From assembly GCF_009914755.1 (NCBI RefSeq), contig NC_060934.1: 64,000 bases of DNA. One strand, written 5' to 3'. The notes under the pieces are model-generated. The model made no database searches. It was not told where the DNA came from and was given only the letters and a program-made list of their open reading frames with translations. Of this stretch, positions 32,771 through 47,596 are shown piece after piece. Made by a program: the position numbers and the translations under genes. Numbering within the stretch: position 1 is the first letter of the stretch; every line of letters starts with the position of its first letter. The stretch comes from the human T2T-CHM13v2.0 reference genome, Homo sapiens.

Positions 32771-35700
32771 TAAATCTTTTATTTTAGAAGGCCTTCTCTG
32801 CCACCATATTGGCAGGATGAGGTATGTGTTGCTTCTCCAGGCTGGTGAGGAATTGAAATAGCAGGTTTTCCCATTGGCCTTCACTGATGCCTGGGGGGTC
32901 AGGCAAGGGAGTCCTCATTATTTCTGGAGGGTAGTGGGAGTTCATGCTCCACCTATGCCTCTGGTGATACCAGCCGGACAGTGTGACGGGGGAGTCCTTC
33001 GTTACTTTGTCAGTGGGCTCTACTGATATCACAGTTCGGATAAGTGACTTCATTTTTGCCACGATGTAGTGAGCATCTGACTCCCTGTCAGGCCTTCTCT
33101 GAGGCCACCCCAGCAGGTGGGTTGCAGCGCTTTCTTACAGTCTGATAAAGGTAGAGCCCTAGGCTCTTCACTTGGCCTTTGCTATAAGAGGTAGACTTGG
33201 GCCACGCTGTTATGTGTGGTCTTGATTGACATAGATCATTTGTTGTCTAAACATTTTCTGTCTTATTAGGCTTTCCTTTTCTGGCCCTTTGAATTAGACA
33301 GAGCAGGACTTTCTTAGGTCCTTTTTTTGCCTGCACCTCCTGGAGTTTCTGCTTTGCCGGCTTTTCCAGTACCCAGTCTAGGAAGAATGAGACAAAAAGA
33401 AAACCCAGGGAATGCACCGCTGTGTTGAGCCACAGGTCTTCAGATCCCTAGGTAGTGCTCTTCTTTTTCTCTACCTTTCAGAGTCACCTTATGTTTGTTT
33501 TATATACAATATCCAGATTTTTAGTTGTGCTTGGTGGGAGAAATAGGGAAAAGTATATCTACTTCATCTTTCCTGAAACAGATATTGGGCCAAAAGTATT
33601 TCAATTTTTAGTGAGTTAGAGAGCTTCAGGGTAGTAGATAAGGTAAAGTTGTAACATATCTAAGCAACAGCTATTACTCAATGATAAAAATGAAACTTCT
33701 CTGTGTCTAATCTTGCCTAAGTGGATAGAATTCTGTGGTAGAGAAGTATTTCTTAAGGTGGAGTTTGTAGATCAATTCAATGTTGACATTTGCTTCTTTT
33801 TAACTCCTGAATATGTAGTTGCCATGGAACAGGATTGGAAAGAATCATATCAAATAGGAAAAGCATTTTAAAGTTAGCTATCAAAGGATTCATCAATTGG
33901 AAAAAAAAAGCTTTTCTTTGGGGCGCTGCTTTTTAAAATGGGATTGTGGAGTGATTGGGTAGACCTAATTCACTCTGCCCTCAACTCCAGGAGCTTGTTA
34001 GACTAAGGGAAGGTAAATTTAGGCTTTCCCCAAAGAATTTAGGCTTATTCTACTATATGCTTCAATCTGGAATCTTTGAGTTAAGTTTAAGTCACTTCTT
34101 GAATAAGGCCTGATATACTGGAAACTTCACTCAGGTGGCTCATTAAATGGGAACAGATGCTTGAATTCAGGCTTTCCCTCTTCCAGGGTCCAGAGAGCAT
34201 AATCATAGTGTTTTACACACAAATTGGCTTTTGGAAGCGCAGAAATTGGGGGTTCTCTGTGCCAAAAAAACTGTAAGAAATTAAGAAAATCATGGAACCT
34301 TACAAATTAATAAAATTTAAAAATTGCCCATCCTCTTTCTATGCTCCGAAATGGAATAGACTAGAAAAGACTTTTATGGATGAGAACCCACTGGGAGTTG
34401 GAGAGAGGAGAGGAGGGAGAGAAACAAAGAAAATGAGAATGAATTGATATGAGCATGAAGGCTTAAATGGACTAGTCCTTGCCCATGAGCTTAATGTTGA
34501 GTTAGAAACTTCTAGAGCGATGAGGAATAAAGTGTACTTTCTCATAAGTCTTTTTATAATTAGACCACAATGATCGTGATTCCACTAATTCTATTTTTGT
34601 AAATCCAAGTTAAACATCTGCAGATGGCCCGTTTTCAGCCCTGGTTGATTTCACTCCAGGTTTGCACTGTGTCAATAACCTTTTTATGGATTACTGGGGA
34701 CCCAGATATGTTTTCTAAAGATTAATGGGAGCCCAGAATGAATACACTACTCCAGGGGGTGGCTGGCAGGGTCCTTGGGTTCCTCTTTCCCACAGACACC
34801 ACTCTAAATGCAAACTCGAATGAGTCCTGTCTCCTCCTGGACTCTCCTCCGTATCTTGCTCTGCAATAGCCCAAATGAATCATTCTTCCACTTTGCTCTC
34901 TCTTCTACATTTTTTTCCTTGCCCCCACCTCATACTACAAGGAAATGAATTTTCTTATATCCTAACCCTATGCACCAAAGCCTCCACTCTCTCCTTTCTT
35001 GCATTTATTGAAACTTTTCCATGACAGCAGCGATTCTCCTTCAGATCTTCTTTTCCCTAGGCTCTGTGTAACCACAGGGCATGGGGACCGTAGGCGGAAA
35101 TCTCCTCTTTATTGCTTCAAACTACCTTACTCTTCAGATTAGATCTCCTTTTCTATGAGGCTGATGTAACCCTCTGTCTTTCCTGGTTGCTGTTTTCTAT
35201 GGACCCATTGTCACTGACGATTTTGACATTGACTCACTATCACTTTCATCCTATGTCCCATCATCATCTTGAAAAACCTGAAACCCCAGGAGGAAAACCA
35301 ATACCAAATCTTGGCCTGCGCACTCCCTGGTTTCAGTCTCACTGACTGTTGCCTCCTCTCCATCAAGCTGCTGCTACTGCCACCTCCTGGAATTATCACC
35401 AGAAGTACCCTTCTTCCAAAATCTAAACCTAGACTGAATTTTGTTCATTCACTTATTCATACCTGCTTTAATTTATTAATTCTTGTAGCAATTATTTACT
35501 GACTTCCTTGTGCTAGGGGAGACAGTATAAAAAGTATAAAAGACAGAAACGGTCCTTGCCTTCATGGAACTTACGAAGACACTACAAGAAAACACAGAAA
35601 TAAAAATTTTCTGATGGTGACCAAAGTGGACAAGGTACTGAGCTACAAAATAATGGGAACTTAGGTAATTACTCATAGACCACAGATTTGATTCTGTTCT

Positions 35701-36144
35701 TGCTGAACATCGAGGTAAACACAAAAACCTAACCAGTTACTTAATTTATGTGGTCCTTAAGATGAAAACAGATCAGATCTTCAAAGACAAAACCACACCT
35801 TTTCCTTGGAGTTTAACAAAGATACTGAAATACAGTATTCTTCAATAGCATTCCCTTGATACCTGGCAGCCAGCAGGCCCTCCATGCATGTGTGGTGAAT
35901 GAATATGCATGATAATACAGAACTATCTAACACGTATTTCATGCTTTTTGTATGCCAGGCACTGTTATAAGCTTTTTACATACTAACTGCTGTTATCATC
36001 CTCAATTTGCAGGTGAGGAAACCGAGGCACGCACAAGTTAAATGACTACCCCAGCTCCTCTAGGAACCAAGATGAACAGCTCTCATTACGAATATTTGTT
36101 TTAACACAGCCACTTTACTAACCATGGAGCTTTGTTCAAATTGT

Positions 36145-36431
36145 TATTATTACAGAATCTTGCTCTGTCATCCAGGCTGGAGTGCGGTAGCGCAATTTTG
36201 CCTCACGGCAACCTCTGCCTCCCAGGTTCAAGTGATTTTCCTACCTCAGCCTCCTGAGTAACTGGGACAAGAGGCACATGCCACTACACCCAGCTAATTT
36301 TTGTATTTTTAGTAGAGACAGGGTTTCACCATGTTGGCTAGGCTGGTCTCAAACTCCCAACCTCAAGCAATCCACTCACCTCGGCCTCCCAAAGTGCTGG
36401 GATTACAGGTGTGAGCCCACCACACCCGGCC
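36145..36431 (-). mobile_element. AluS
   Basis: Antisense Alu consensus. Confidence 0.88.
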
Positions 36432-37064
36432 CAAATTATTTTTAACTCATTGTCTCTATAATGAGAGTAATAACAACCTCATAGATTGTTGAGTGAATTA
36501 AAATGAGACATTTAACCCACAGTCTGTTGTCCTGAACTCTCGTGGCCAAATGCATGCGGTTCTGAAAAACTCACTTTAAAAAAGGGTAATGAAATTCATA
36601 TAATATATATTATATGATAACCTCTATTGGAGTGTGAGCCAATACCCTATAATCAAAAACATGAGCATTTCTGTAGTGAAACATGAATATTCACACTGAA
36701 TGAGAGGAATAAAGACCATAAATAGTCTAGTATCAATTCATATAAGTCTTTAGCAACAAGTTAAGTCCAGTGGGGAAAAAAATCAGTTTTCAGAGATTTT
36801 TCAATTTCAGAATTAGAGGAAAAGTATTGTGGACTTGTGTGATCTATAATGGTCATTGACTTTATGACTTTGATATTTAAGGACACCTTAATATGTGATT
36901 GGCAAGGGCCACATTTTAAGTAATTTTGGATCCTTCAATGTGAATGGTTTTTTTTCTCCTCTTAATTTCTCTGAGGTTTCCTTGCTTGTAGAATGTGGAT
37001 GATAGAGCCTGCTTTGCAAAGTGGTTGTGAGGTTTAGAAATAATAAATATAAAGTGCCTGGGAC

Positions 37065-37360
<296 letters not shown>

Positions 37361-37984
37361 GTACCTAGGACAAAATAGACCAACCTACACAAAAATGGTG
37401 GCTGCTGTTGGTATTATTTAATATTAAAAATAGCTAGAAGATTTAAAAGTTTGCTTCTGTCCTGTGAGATGAGGAATATGTGGGAAACAATATCAGGATA
37501 AATATCCTGGGTTCAGCACCTCTCCACATGTGAGTGATGGATGAGTAGTTCCTGAGACATCACTGTGGATTTGGTGACCCAATGGCAGTAACCTGGCATC
37601 CGGCAGTGGGAGGTGGAGACAAGTTGGTGTGATGAGTGTGCATGTGCATGAGGGACCTCTGCAGGGACATAGGGCATATATTGGATTCCAGAAGGCTCTT
37701 GTAATACTGTTGTCCATGCATCAAACCATAGAATGTGGTGTACTTCTGTGGAACTCAACACTTTGCATGGTAATGTCTCTCAGAGTTGGTGGCTAACTCT
37801 TTGGTCCTGAACCTGATTATGTTCATGTTATTGCTGTTCTTTGGCACCTTGTGCCCTTGCAAGTACTTCAGTGTAGGCATTATGGAGGGATGTGCTGAAT
37901 ATTGACTCTCTTTGGTAAAAGAGACTCTTTCACTTTAGGGCCTTGTGGCACTGCCCAGTTGAACTTACTGGAATAATAGAAATA

Positions 37985-38175
37985 GTCAATATCTGAGCTG
38001 TCCAGTATGGTAACCACGAGACACGTGGGCCATTGAGCACTTGAATGTGGCTAGTGTGATTGGAGAACTGGATTTTTAATTTTCTTTAATTTTAGTTAAA
38101 TAAATAAGTTCAAATATCTGTAACTATAGACGACCACATGCAATGAGTGGCAGTCTTATTGAAAAGTGCAGCCTT
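37985..38175. mobile_element. MER3-like hAT-Charlie MITE
   Basis: GCTGTCCAGTATGGTAACCAC...GAGCACTTGAATGTGGCTAGTG motifs. Confidence 0.6.
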
Positions 38176-38289
38176 AAGACATTCACTGAATACCCTTGTT
38201 TATTTCTCACTGTTTTCTTTATTATGATTATTGCACCCAGAGCAATTGCACCTGCAATAGAGACAGGTTTATTCACCTCACGCAGTTCC

Positions 38290-38606
38290 TTTTTATTTTA
38301 TTTTATTTTATTTTTGAGAGAGAGTCTTACTCTGTCTTCCAGGCTGGAGTGCAGTGGTATGATAATGTAATAATGGTTTACTGCAGCTCAAACTTCTGGG
38401 CTCAAGCGATCCTCCTGCGTCAAGCCTCCTGAGTAGCTGGGATTACAGGCATGCACCACCATGTCTGGCTAATTAAAATTTGTTTTTGTAGAGACAGAGT
38501 CTTGCTATGTTGTCCAGGCTAGCATTGAACTCTTGGCCTCAAGTGATCCTCCCACCTCAGCCTCCCAAAGCACTGAGATTATAGGCATGAACCACTGCAC
38601 CTGGCC
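38290..38606 (-). mobile_element. AluJ-like
   Basis: Diverged antisense Alu. Confidence 0.85.
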
Positions 38607-38621
38607 TCATGTAGATCTTAA

Positions 38622-38936
<315 letters not shown>

Positions 38937-39774
38937 TAAAATACTTTCCCAAGGATGTATATGCTGATTCCAAGTTTATGTTTCTTTCAAATAAGAGTAG
39001 TAAGCATTCCTGTTGTTTTATCTAAGTGTGTGCAGGGAAAGGTCTTATTACCCTGAGGATGCAAGATTCATCCTCATGGAGCAACCAGGCTGCCTGGTAC
39101 CAACCCTCTCTCCTGGCTGGGGAGTGCCCATGGTAAACAGCTGACACTGAGACTTGCTGCCATTTTATGATTTGTAGTATGGTATGGAAGAAATAACATG
39201 GATTTTTAAAGCGGACTTTGGTTAAACTCCAGGCTGTTTCCCTTACTAGCAACGTAGCTGTTGAAACGTTACAGTTTTGAGCCCTAATTTTCTCAACACT
39301 TGGAATAAAATTAATATACCTGTACTACAGGACTATTATAAAGTTTAAGAAAACACACTTGAAACATACAGCGTGGTTTCTGAGACATTGTGGGTGTTTA
39401 TAATGTGGATTGGTTCATTTTCATTTCTCTCAAGTCAGATAGCATATATGAGAATATTTTACATAATAATTGGCCACGTAATGTATTTAAGTACTTGAAT
39501 TTGCAGGAGGGCAAGGGGAATGACTCACCAAAACCCAGATTAATATTCATTTCTGATGTCAGATAGCAAGTATTGATGATATCTAGGCCTTGTGTAAAGT
39601 CGACGTCCAGAGTATTTGAAAAAGCATTTGACTCAACTCATGTTTTCTTTCTGCTTTTCCATGTCTTTGGTCAAATCAACCAAGGGCATTTGCCAGTGGC
39701 TTTGCTTGATTCAATCATTGCAGTGTAAACATTTATCAAAATATCACATTGTACTCCACAAAAATACACAATTA

Positions 39775-40119
<345 letters not shown>

Positions 40120-41123
40120 TCAGAAAGGACATGAGCTTATACAAAACAAGCCCTAATGCTCAACTTGGAGATCCTTTTGGCAGGCTCTTAATGATTTTAC
40201 CAACATCAATGCAAAATGAAAAATATTGTTTTTTGGTCTGGACTGTTTGTCATGAAACAAACCTCTAGACTACTGGAGAGAACAGTTAATATTTTGTGAG
40301 TTTTAAAATTTCATGTTAAGCGTGATACTTCATAAATATTAAATATTTTTATGGCATCTGTCAATTTTTAAAATGTTTTTTATTTGGCATTTATTTTGTG
40401 TTAATGTTTCCCTCATTTAGTGTTTCATATTATGAAATTCCTATATCAGGTGCACATTGTTGTTACATGTTGTTGCAGTATATAATTATGTCACATATTT
40501 TGGCTCATAATAATAATAAATCATGCATTTATTACATAAGTTTTTTTTTTTTACAGAAAACCTCTGAAATTTTTAGCATAACTCTACCACAAAAAATGAT
40601 TCACTGTTTATTATGATAGAAATGATTCACTATTATTACAGGCATTCATTATTATTTAAAGACATGTAAATTAAATGTTAGGAAAAATACAGAATAATAT
40701 AATTTTGGGAACTCATGAAAATTCCTAGGAATTTTGATTGTATATTCCTGAATCTTGAAGATGAACCTGTCGGGAATTTGGAAACACTAGCATGGAGCAC
40801 AGGCTAGATTCAGGCCACACGTTTCTGCACTCCCCTTTGGCAGGAGTATTTGTGCACAAACCACATAGTTCAACACAGAGGTCCCGCCTGGCACACATGG
40901 CGACCATGTCCAGCCTTGGGACATTTAGGACAACCTTGCAACAGTGCCTCTGCATCTTTACTGAACCCCAGGGCCTCCTGTAATTACCTCTCCTGGACTT
41001 CTAAAAAGCATGCCATCTGGGGAAAAAAAAACAAAACTGGCAGTGGAGAACTTTGCCAACACCACTCTCTCTCTGAGGCGGGCAGCTCTAGACAGGGTGA
41101 CTGAGGCTTAGACATGGTCCGCC

Positions 41124-41216
41124 CTTCTTCCTCTCCTTTCCTCTCCTTTCCTCTCCTCCCCTCTCCTCCCCTCTCCTCCCCTCTCCTCCCCTCCCCTCTT
41201 TCCTTTTCTCTTTCCT
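41124..41216. repeat. Polypyrimidine (CTCTCCTCCC)n tract next to an Alu fragment (41217-41306)
   Basis: About 90 nt of pure pyrimidine. Confidence 0.85.
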
Positions 41217-43619
41217 AGGCTGATCCTGAACTCCTGGCCTCAAGCAGTCTTCCCACCTTGGCTCCCAAAGTGCTGGGATTGCAGGCATGAGCCTCTACAC
41301 CCGTCCAAGACATAGCCTTTCAGAAGATGAATTAAGAGAGGCCTGAGTTTTTCCCAGGAGTCCTGGTCCATTATCTTTATTTCATTAGCAAAAGGAAACA
41401 GAGTCAAAATGGCAGAAGCAAAAGATGGGCTAGGAAGCAGAATACCAGAGTAATTAGAAGCACGATCTTTGACGTTGGAAAGACCAGTTGAGTTGAAATT
41501 CTGCCACTTACTCAATAGCCTTGGATGAGTTGACTAACCCCTCTAAGCTTCAGTTTCCTCATTGGTGAAGGTGGAAAAATAAAAGTTCTCTTATATTAGG
41601 ATTATTAAGAATGTTAAATGAAATACAACACATGTAAAGTGCTTAGCACAAAGTAGTAACTGTTGGCAATAATAATCATTGCTATTGCTTATTATTATTG
41701 TAGCAAATGTGTGGCATGGAGACTTAACTGACTCGTGCAGGTGGCCTTCAACTTTTACTTTCAGTTCTCTAGCAACCAATAAAAGGGGGGAAATAGAGTG
41801 AGTTAATACAGGGAGGGAAAGTCTCTCAACGTCTTAAAATAAAAACAAACCAGTTGCCAGTGAGTATAACTGATCCTGGTGCTAAGAGCAGGAAGAATTT
41901 TCTCCCTTAGGATTTAATGGGGCAGGCACAGAGTGAGAGAGTGAACAGCCGCAATAATACCCTCCCAGTGAACATGGCAAAGAGAGTTTCTCATAATAGC
42001 CTAATTACTGGATAACTGTCTTGAGTTTTTCAACTATTTAGGATAAGTCCAGGTAGCATTAGGCCAAAAAGAGATGCACTATTTCTGTCCCAGTACAGCT
42101 AAAAAAAACATTTATTGATGAAGTGCTACTTAAATTTGCACGAGTTATTCATCAATAAATCATGTGCAAATGTGATACTCTTGGCCAGACAGTAAATTGC
42201 TTGGAATTCTTATAGTTCCCACAGGTAAATATTCTTCATGTAGCCAATAAAAGGAAAAGTATATCTTTAAATGATTTCAAGGTTTTCGACACAGATAAAT
42301 ATTCTATCTGGAGACATAAAATGATACTAGAAGTCTATGAAATGCAAAGTTGAATGTCTCTAGGCAATCTCAAAATAAATACACTTAACATTTTAATTTA
42401 TGAAATTATGATTTAAATGTAGATTTAAGCTAGCAGAGAAATGTTCATGTTGACCTGACTTTCTATTTACCATTTTCTAAGTAATGTCTGTGATTGTTGG
42501 GGAAAAAAAAGAGATTTAATGAGCTCATTAATACCCAGACAGGTCAATGAACTATAGCTTATTAATTGTCCAGAGCTATGAGCTCATATCTTGGCACATC
42601 AAAATAGTTTGTATTTAATTATTTGGTTTGACATATGTTAATTTCAACCTGCAAGTTTTATATATGTATATATTCTTTTCATCTGGATTTTTTGAACACA
42701 ATTTAATTTTTAAATTAATGAATGTATCACATTTTTACTCACCAACCTTCCAGCTTCTTCTCTCTCCCATAGCTGATGATGCTGTACCCTAATTCTAAAG
42801 GAAGCAAGGAACCCCCTTTTCAGCTACCTTACTGATAAGCACTTATGTTCTGCCTTCTGCCATCCTGATGGTTCAGGTTGTCTGTCTTACTACCTACTTC
42901 TTGAGTAGAGAGATCACATTAAATTTATTGCTGTATCTCGCAGGGCATCTTGCTAATGTGCACAGGCTCGCCTCCCTACCTCTGCCCTAATGGTGCGAAG
43001 GGGAGAGAGCGAGGTTCCTTAGTGGCAGGGCTTTGCTGTTCTTCACTCTCAGCCCCCTGAAAGCAGTTCTTCCTGCCTCTGAGCCTGTCTTTCCTTCTGC
43101 TGTTGACTTCTTTCCTACTTTTTTTGCATCCCTCTCTCTTCCTTTTCCTGCCGTCTTTCTTGTAGACATACTAGTTGATTGCTGTATTTGCTGACTTTAT
43201 ATGGATATTATTTTCTCCCTTGGCCAAGATTGTTTTAAAATCTTGCAAGGAAAATGTCTTGCTTTTGATCACTTCTAGCGATTAAAGGAGATGGTTTGTT
43301 AATGTCTCTATGCTCCATACTAAATCTATGAGTCTCTCTAAAACTTCAGTGAAATCATGCTCATTTCTAAATAAGGTATGTGGAGAGCCCCTTTGTGAAA
43401 TACGAGAAGGGATGTAGGATATTTTCTTTGTTTGGAAATGTGGAAATAAATATTAGTTACAAGTACTCTATGTTATAAATTCATACAAATGGGTATTCTG
43501 CAGTAGAGTGGGGTAAAATGTTGAAAGGTCATAATTATAAGTAGGTTTGCATTTTATACACATTATAATGAAAAAGAATTTCTGGACCCAAAGTCAAAAA
43601 CATGTTGAAATCCATTTCA

Positions 43620-43904
43620 TGTAATCCCAGCACTTTGGGAGGCCAAGGCGGGCAGATCACGAGGTCAGGAGATTGAGACCATCCAGACCATGGTGAAACC
43701 CCGTCTCTACTAAAATACAAAAAATTAACTGGGAATGGTGGCATGCACCTGTAGTCCCAGCTACTTGGGAGGCTGAGGAAGGGGAATCTCTTGAACCAGG
43801 AGGCAGAGGTTGCAGTGAGCTGAGATGGTGCCACGTCCCTCCAGCCTGGGCGACAGAGCAAGACTCCGTCTCAAAAACAAACAAACAAACAAAAAAACAA
43901 AAAA
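43620..43904 (+). mobile_element. 5'-truncated Alu with TSD GAAATCCATTTCA
   Basis: Starts at TGTAATCCCAGC; direct repeats at 43607-43619 and 43905-43917. Confidence 0.9.
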
Positions 43905-44923
43905 GAAATCCATTTCAATGTGGATTGAAGGTAGAGTGGATATAGTATTTAACACTTATAGGATCAGTAAATCCAAGAAGAAACTGAGAAGACTAGAATA
44001 ATGCCAAGAACATGGTTGGTTGTCAGCTTTTTGGTAGTTTAGAGGCATTTCAGAGGCTGGGCCTAGAATTATGCTTTCTTTCCCTTGAAGATATTTCCTA
44101 GAGCTGTCACTAGAGGGTAAGATGCCCGTATTATCCAGGCACCAGCTCTAGGCTCACGAAGGGTTACATTGGCAAGCACAGTTGGATATCTGCCCATACT
44201 CTGAAATGCTTCATCCAGCCTGTCTTATTCCTGAGTACTTGCTGCAATGATGGAGGCCTCTAGGGCTCATTCCCAGGGCCATTTCTCCACGTGTACCTCC
44301 TCCCTGTGGGATGCCAGCTTCTGTACCTGGGATTTTGATCAGAGTCCAGGTGGGAGAGTGGGGAAAGGGATGATGAAAGCACTGATTTGGAAAGATGAAT
44401 CCAGCAGCAGGTGGTGTGCCAAGTGAATCTAATGGGAAGGGATGAGAAGACAGTGACAACGGGTTTACACTGGTAGAAAGGATGGCCATTACCACACATT
44501 CATCCTCACCCCTGACCCACGATGGGTTGGTGAGGGGTAGCATAAGCCTAATTTGTTTGTCCTATATCATCAAATTCATCAAACACTGGAGTTGATTTCA
44601 CCTTTCACATGAGCCACATTGCTTGCCATGCTTCTGCTCTGTAACCATAAATTGAGAATTTTCAGGCCACCAGATGCCTGGTGGATCCCAGCTTAGCAGT
44701 GGTCAATACTCTATTCCTGAGTGGCATCTAAAAGACATTCACATCAGAAATGCCACCGGGCTGCCAACTTCAGAAGGGACTCCCAGAGCTCTCTCCCTGG
44801 TAGGTTTTGGGTTTCTTCTCTGGAGGTGGATTCTTGGCAAGGACATTTTTCAGACTTGAAACCCTTTGTTAAAGACTGCATTTGTGGGGCTCAGTTCCTT
44901 AATGATCTTACGTAAACTGATTA

Positions 44924-44944
44924 AACACACACACACACATAAAT

Positions 44945-44982
<38 letters not shown>
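44924..44982. repeat. (CA)n microsatellite
   Basis: Visible repeat. Confidence 0.9.
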
Positions 44983-45626
44983 CCCTGGGCTTAAAGCGTG
45001 CTTTCGAGTGGTAATTGGAAGTTGTGTGAGTTTTTGTTGTAGGAATTTGATGTACTTTGCAATCAATTACAGTTAATTCAATTCCTTTCCCATTACTTGA
45101 GTTTTGGGTATGGAGTGGCAGGTAGTTTGATCCTTGTTTCATTGGTGGAAAAGCTGAGAAATTCTTTGCTCCAGGACACACAGAAGGCAGCTGCAGGACT
45201 GAGTCCAGGCTTCTATCTTTATTGCCCATTGCCTGGTTGTTTGGTTCCACTGTCAAGAAATTCAGGACCCAGGAGGCCTGCAGAACCTACTGTTGTATCT
45301 TCCTGTCTTTCTCTTGTTTGGATTTCTTCATTTGAGTGAGAGTCAACAGGGAGCCCTTCCCATAAAGGAACTCAGTATTCATGTTTGGAAGGCCATATTA
45401 GACGGTGCTCTTCTGCTGTCTTTACTTAAAAAAAAAATAGAAAAGAACGTGATGGCACAGAGTTATTCTTGTTAAAAAGAGTATTTCAAAAATGGAAAAC
45501 GATGGTCCCTGTTCATCCACTCAAATCAACTCCAGTAGTTAGAAAGGCAAATGAGTACCATGTTCCTGAGAAACATTCTTTAAGTTAGTACATGTGTTGC
45601 TACATTGATGTGGGTTGAGCTTTCTT

Positions 45627-47596
45627 TTTTTTTTTTTTTTTAATTTTTTTTTTATTGATAATTCTTGGGTGTTTCTCACAGAGGGGGATTTGGCAGGGTC
45701 ATGGGACAATAGTGGAGGGAAGGTCAGCAGATAAACAAGTGAACAAAGGTATCTGGTTTTCCTAGGCAGAGGACCCTGCGGCCTTCCGCAGTGTTTGTGT
45801 CCCTGATTACTTGAGATTAGGGAGTGGTGATGACTCTTAACGAGCATGCTGCCTTCAAGCATCTGTTTAACAAAGCACATCTTGCACCGCCCTTAATCCA
45901 TTTAACCCTGAGTGGACACAGCACTTGTTTCAGAGAGCACAGGGTTGGGGGTAAGGTCACAGATCAACAGGATCCCAAGGCAGAAGAATTTTTCTTAGTG
46001 CAGAACAAAATGAAAAGTCTCCCATGTCTACTTCTTTCTACACAGACACGGCAACCATCCGATTTCTCAATCTTTTCCCCACCTTTCCTGCCTTTCTATT
46101 CCACAAAGCCGCCATTGTCATCCTGGCCCGTTCTCAATGAGCTGTTGGGCACACCTCCCAGACGGGGTGGTGGCTGGGCAGAGGGGCTCCTCACTTCCCA
46201 GTAGGGGCGGCCGGGCAGAGGCGCCCCTCACCTCCCGGACGGGGCGGCTGGCCGGGCGGGGGGCTGACCCCCCACCTCCCTCCCGGACAGGGCGGCTGGC
46301 CGGGCAGAGGGGCTCCTCACTTCCCAGTAGGGGCGGCCGGGCAGAGGCACCCCTCACCTCCCGGATGGGGCGGCTGGCCGGGCGGGGGGCTGACCCCCCC
46401 ACCTCCCTCCTGGACAGGGCGGCTGGCCGGGTGGGGGGCTGACCCCCCCACCTCCCTCCCGGATGGGGCAGCTGGCCGGGCAGGGGGCTGACCCCCCCAC
46501 CTCCCTCCCGGACGGGGCGTCTTGCTGGGCAGAGGGGCTCTTCACTTCCCAGTAGGGGTGGCCGGGCAGAGGTGCCCCTCACCTCCCAGACGGGGCGGCT
46601 GGCCGGGCGGGGGGCTGACCCCCCCACCTCCCTCCCGGATGGGGCGGGTGGCCGGGCGGGGGGCTGACCCCCCCACCTCCCTCCCGGACAGGGCGGCTGG
46701 CCAGGCGGAGACGCTCCTCACTTCCCAGATGGGGTGGCTGCCGGGCGGAGAGGCTCCTCACTTCTCAGACGGGGCAGCTGCCGGGCGGAGGGGCTCCTCA
46801 CTTCTCAGACGGGGTGGTTGCCAGGCAGAGGGTCTCCTCACTTCTCAGATGGGGCGGCCGGGCAGAGACGCTCCTCACCTCCCAGACGGGGTCGTGGCCG
46901 GGCAGAGGCGCTCCTCACATCCCAGACGGGGCAGTGGGGCAGAGGCGCTCCCCACATCTCAGACGATGGGCGGCCGGGCAGAGACGCTCCTCACTTCCTA
47001 GATGTGATGACGGCCGGGAAGAGGTGCTCCTCACTTCCTAGATGGGATGGCGGCCGGGCAGAGACGCTCCTCACTTTCCAGACTGGGCAGCCAGGCAGAG
47101 GGGCTCCTCACATCCCAGACGATGGTTGGCCAGGCAGAGACACTCCTCACTTCCCAGACGGGGTGGCGGCCGGGCAGAGGCTGCAATCTCGGCACTTTGG
47201 GAGGCCAAGGCAGGCGGCTGGGAGGTGTAGGTTGTAGCGAGCTGAGATCAGGCCACTGCACTCCAGCCTGGGCACCATTGAGCACTGAGTGAATGAGACT
47301 CCGTCTGCAATCCCGGCACCTCGGGAGGCCGAGGCTGGCAGATCACTCGCGGTTAGGGGCTGGAGACTGGCCCGGCCAACACAGCAAAACCCCGTCTCCA
47401 CCAAAACCAGTCAGGCGTGGCGGCGCGTGCCTGCAATCGCAGGCACTCGGCAGGCTGAGGCAGGAGAATCAGGCAGGGAGGTTGCAGTGAGCCGAGATGG
47501 CAGCAGTACAGTCCAGCTTTGGCTCCGCATGAGAGGGAGACCGTGGAAAGAGAGGGAGACTGTGGGGAGAGGGAGAGGGAGAGGGAGAGGGAGAGC
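45627..47596 (-). mobile_element. Full-length SVA retrotransposon (younger D/F-like)
   Basis: Minus strand order: (CCCTCT)n at ~47565-47595, Alu-like domain, GC-rich VNTR (~46150-47170), SINE-R, poly(A). Perfect 15-bp TSD GGGTTGAGCTTTCTT at 45612-45626 and 47597-47611, followed by AAAAAA (L1 endonuclease site). Confidence 0.96.
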
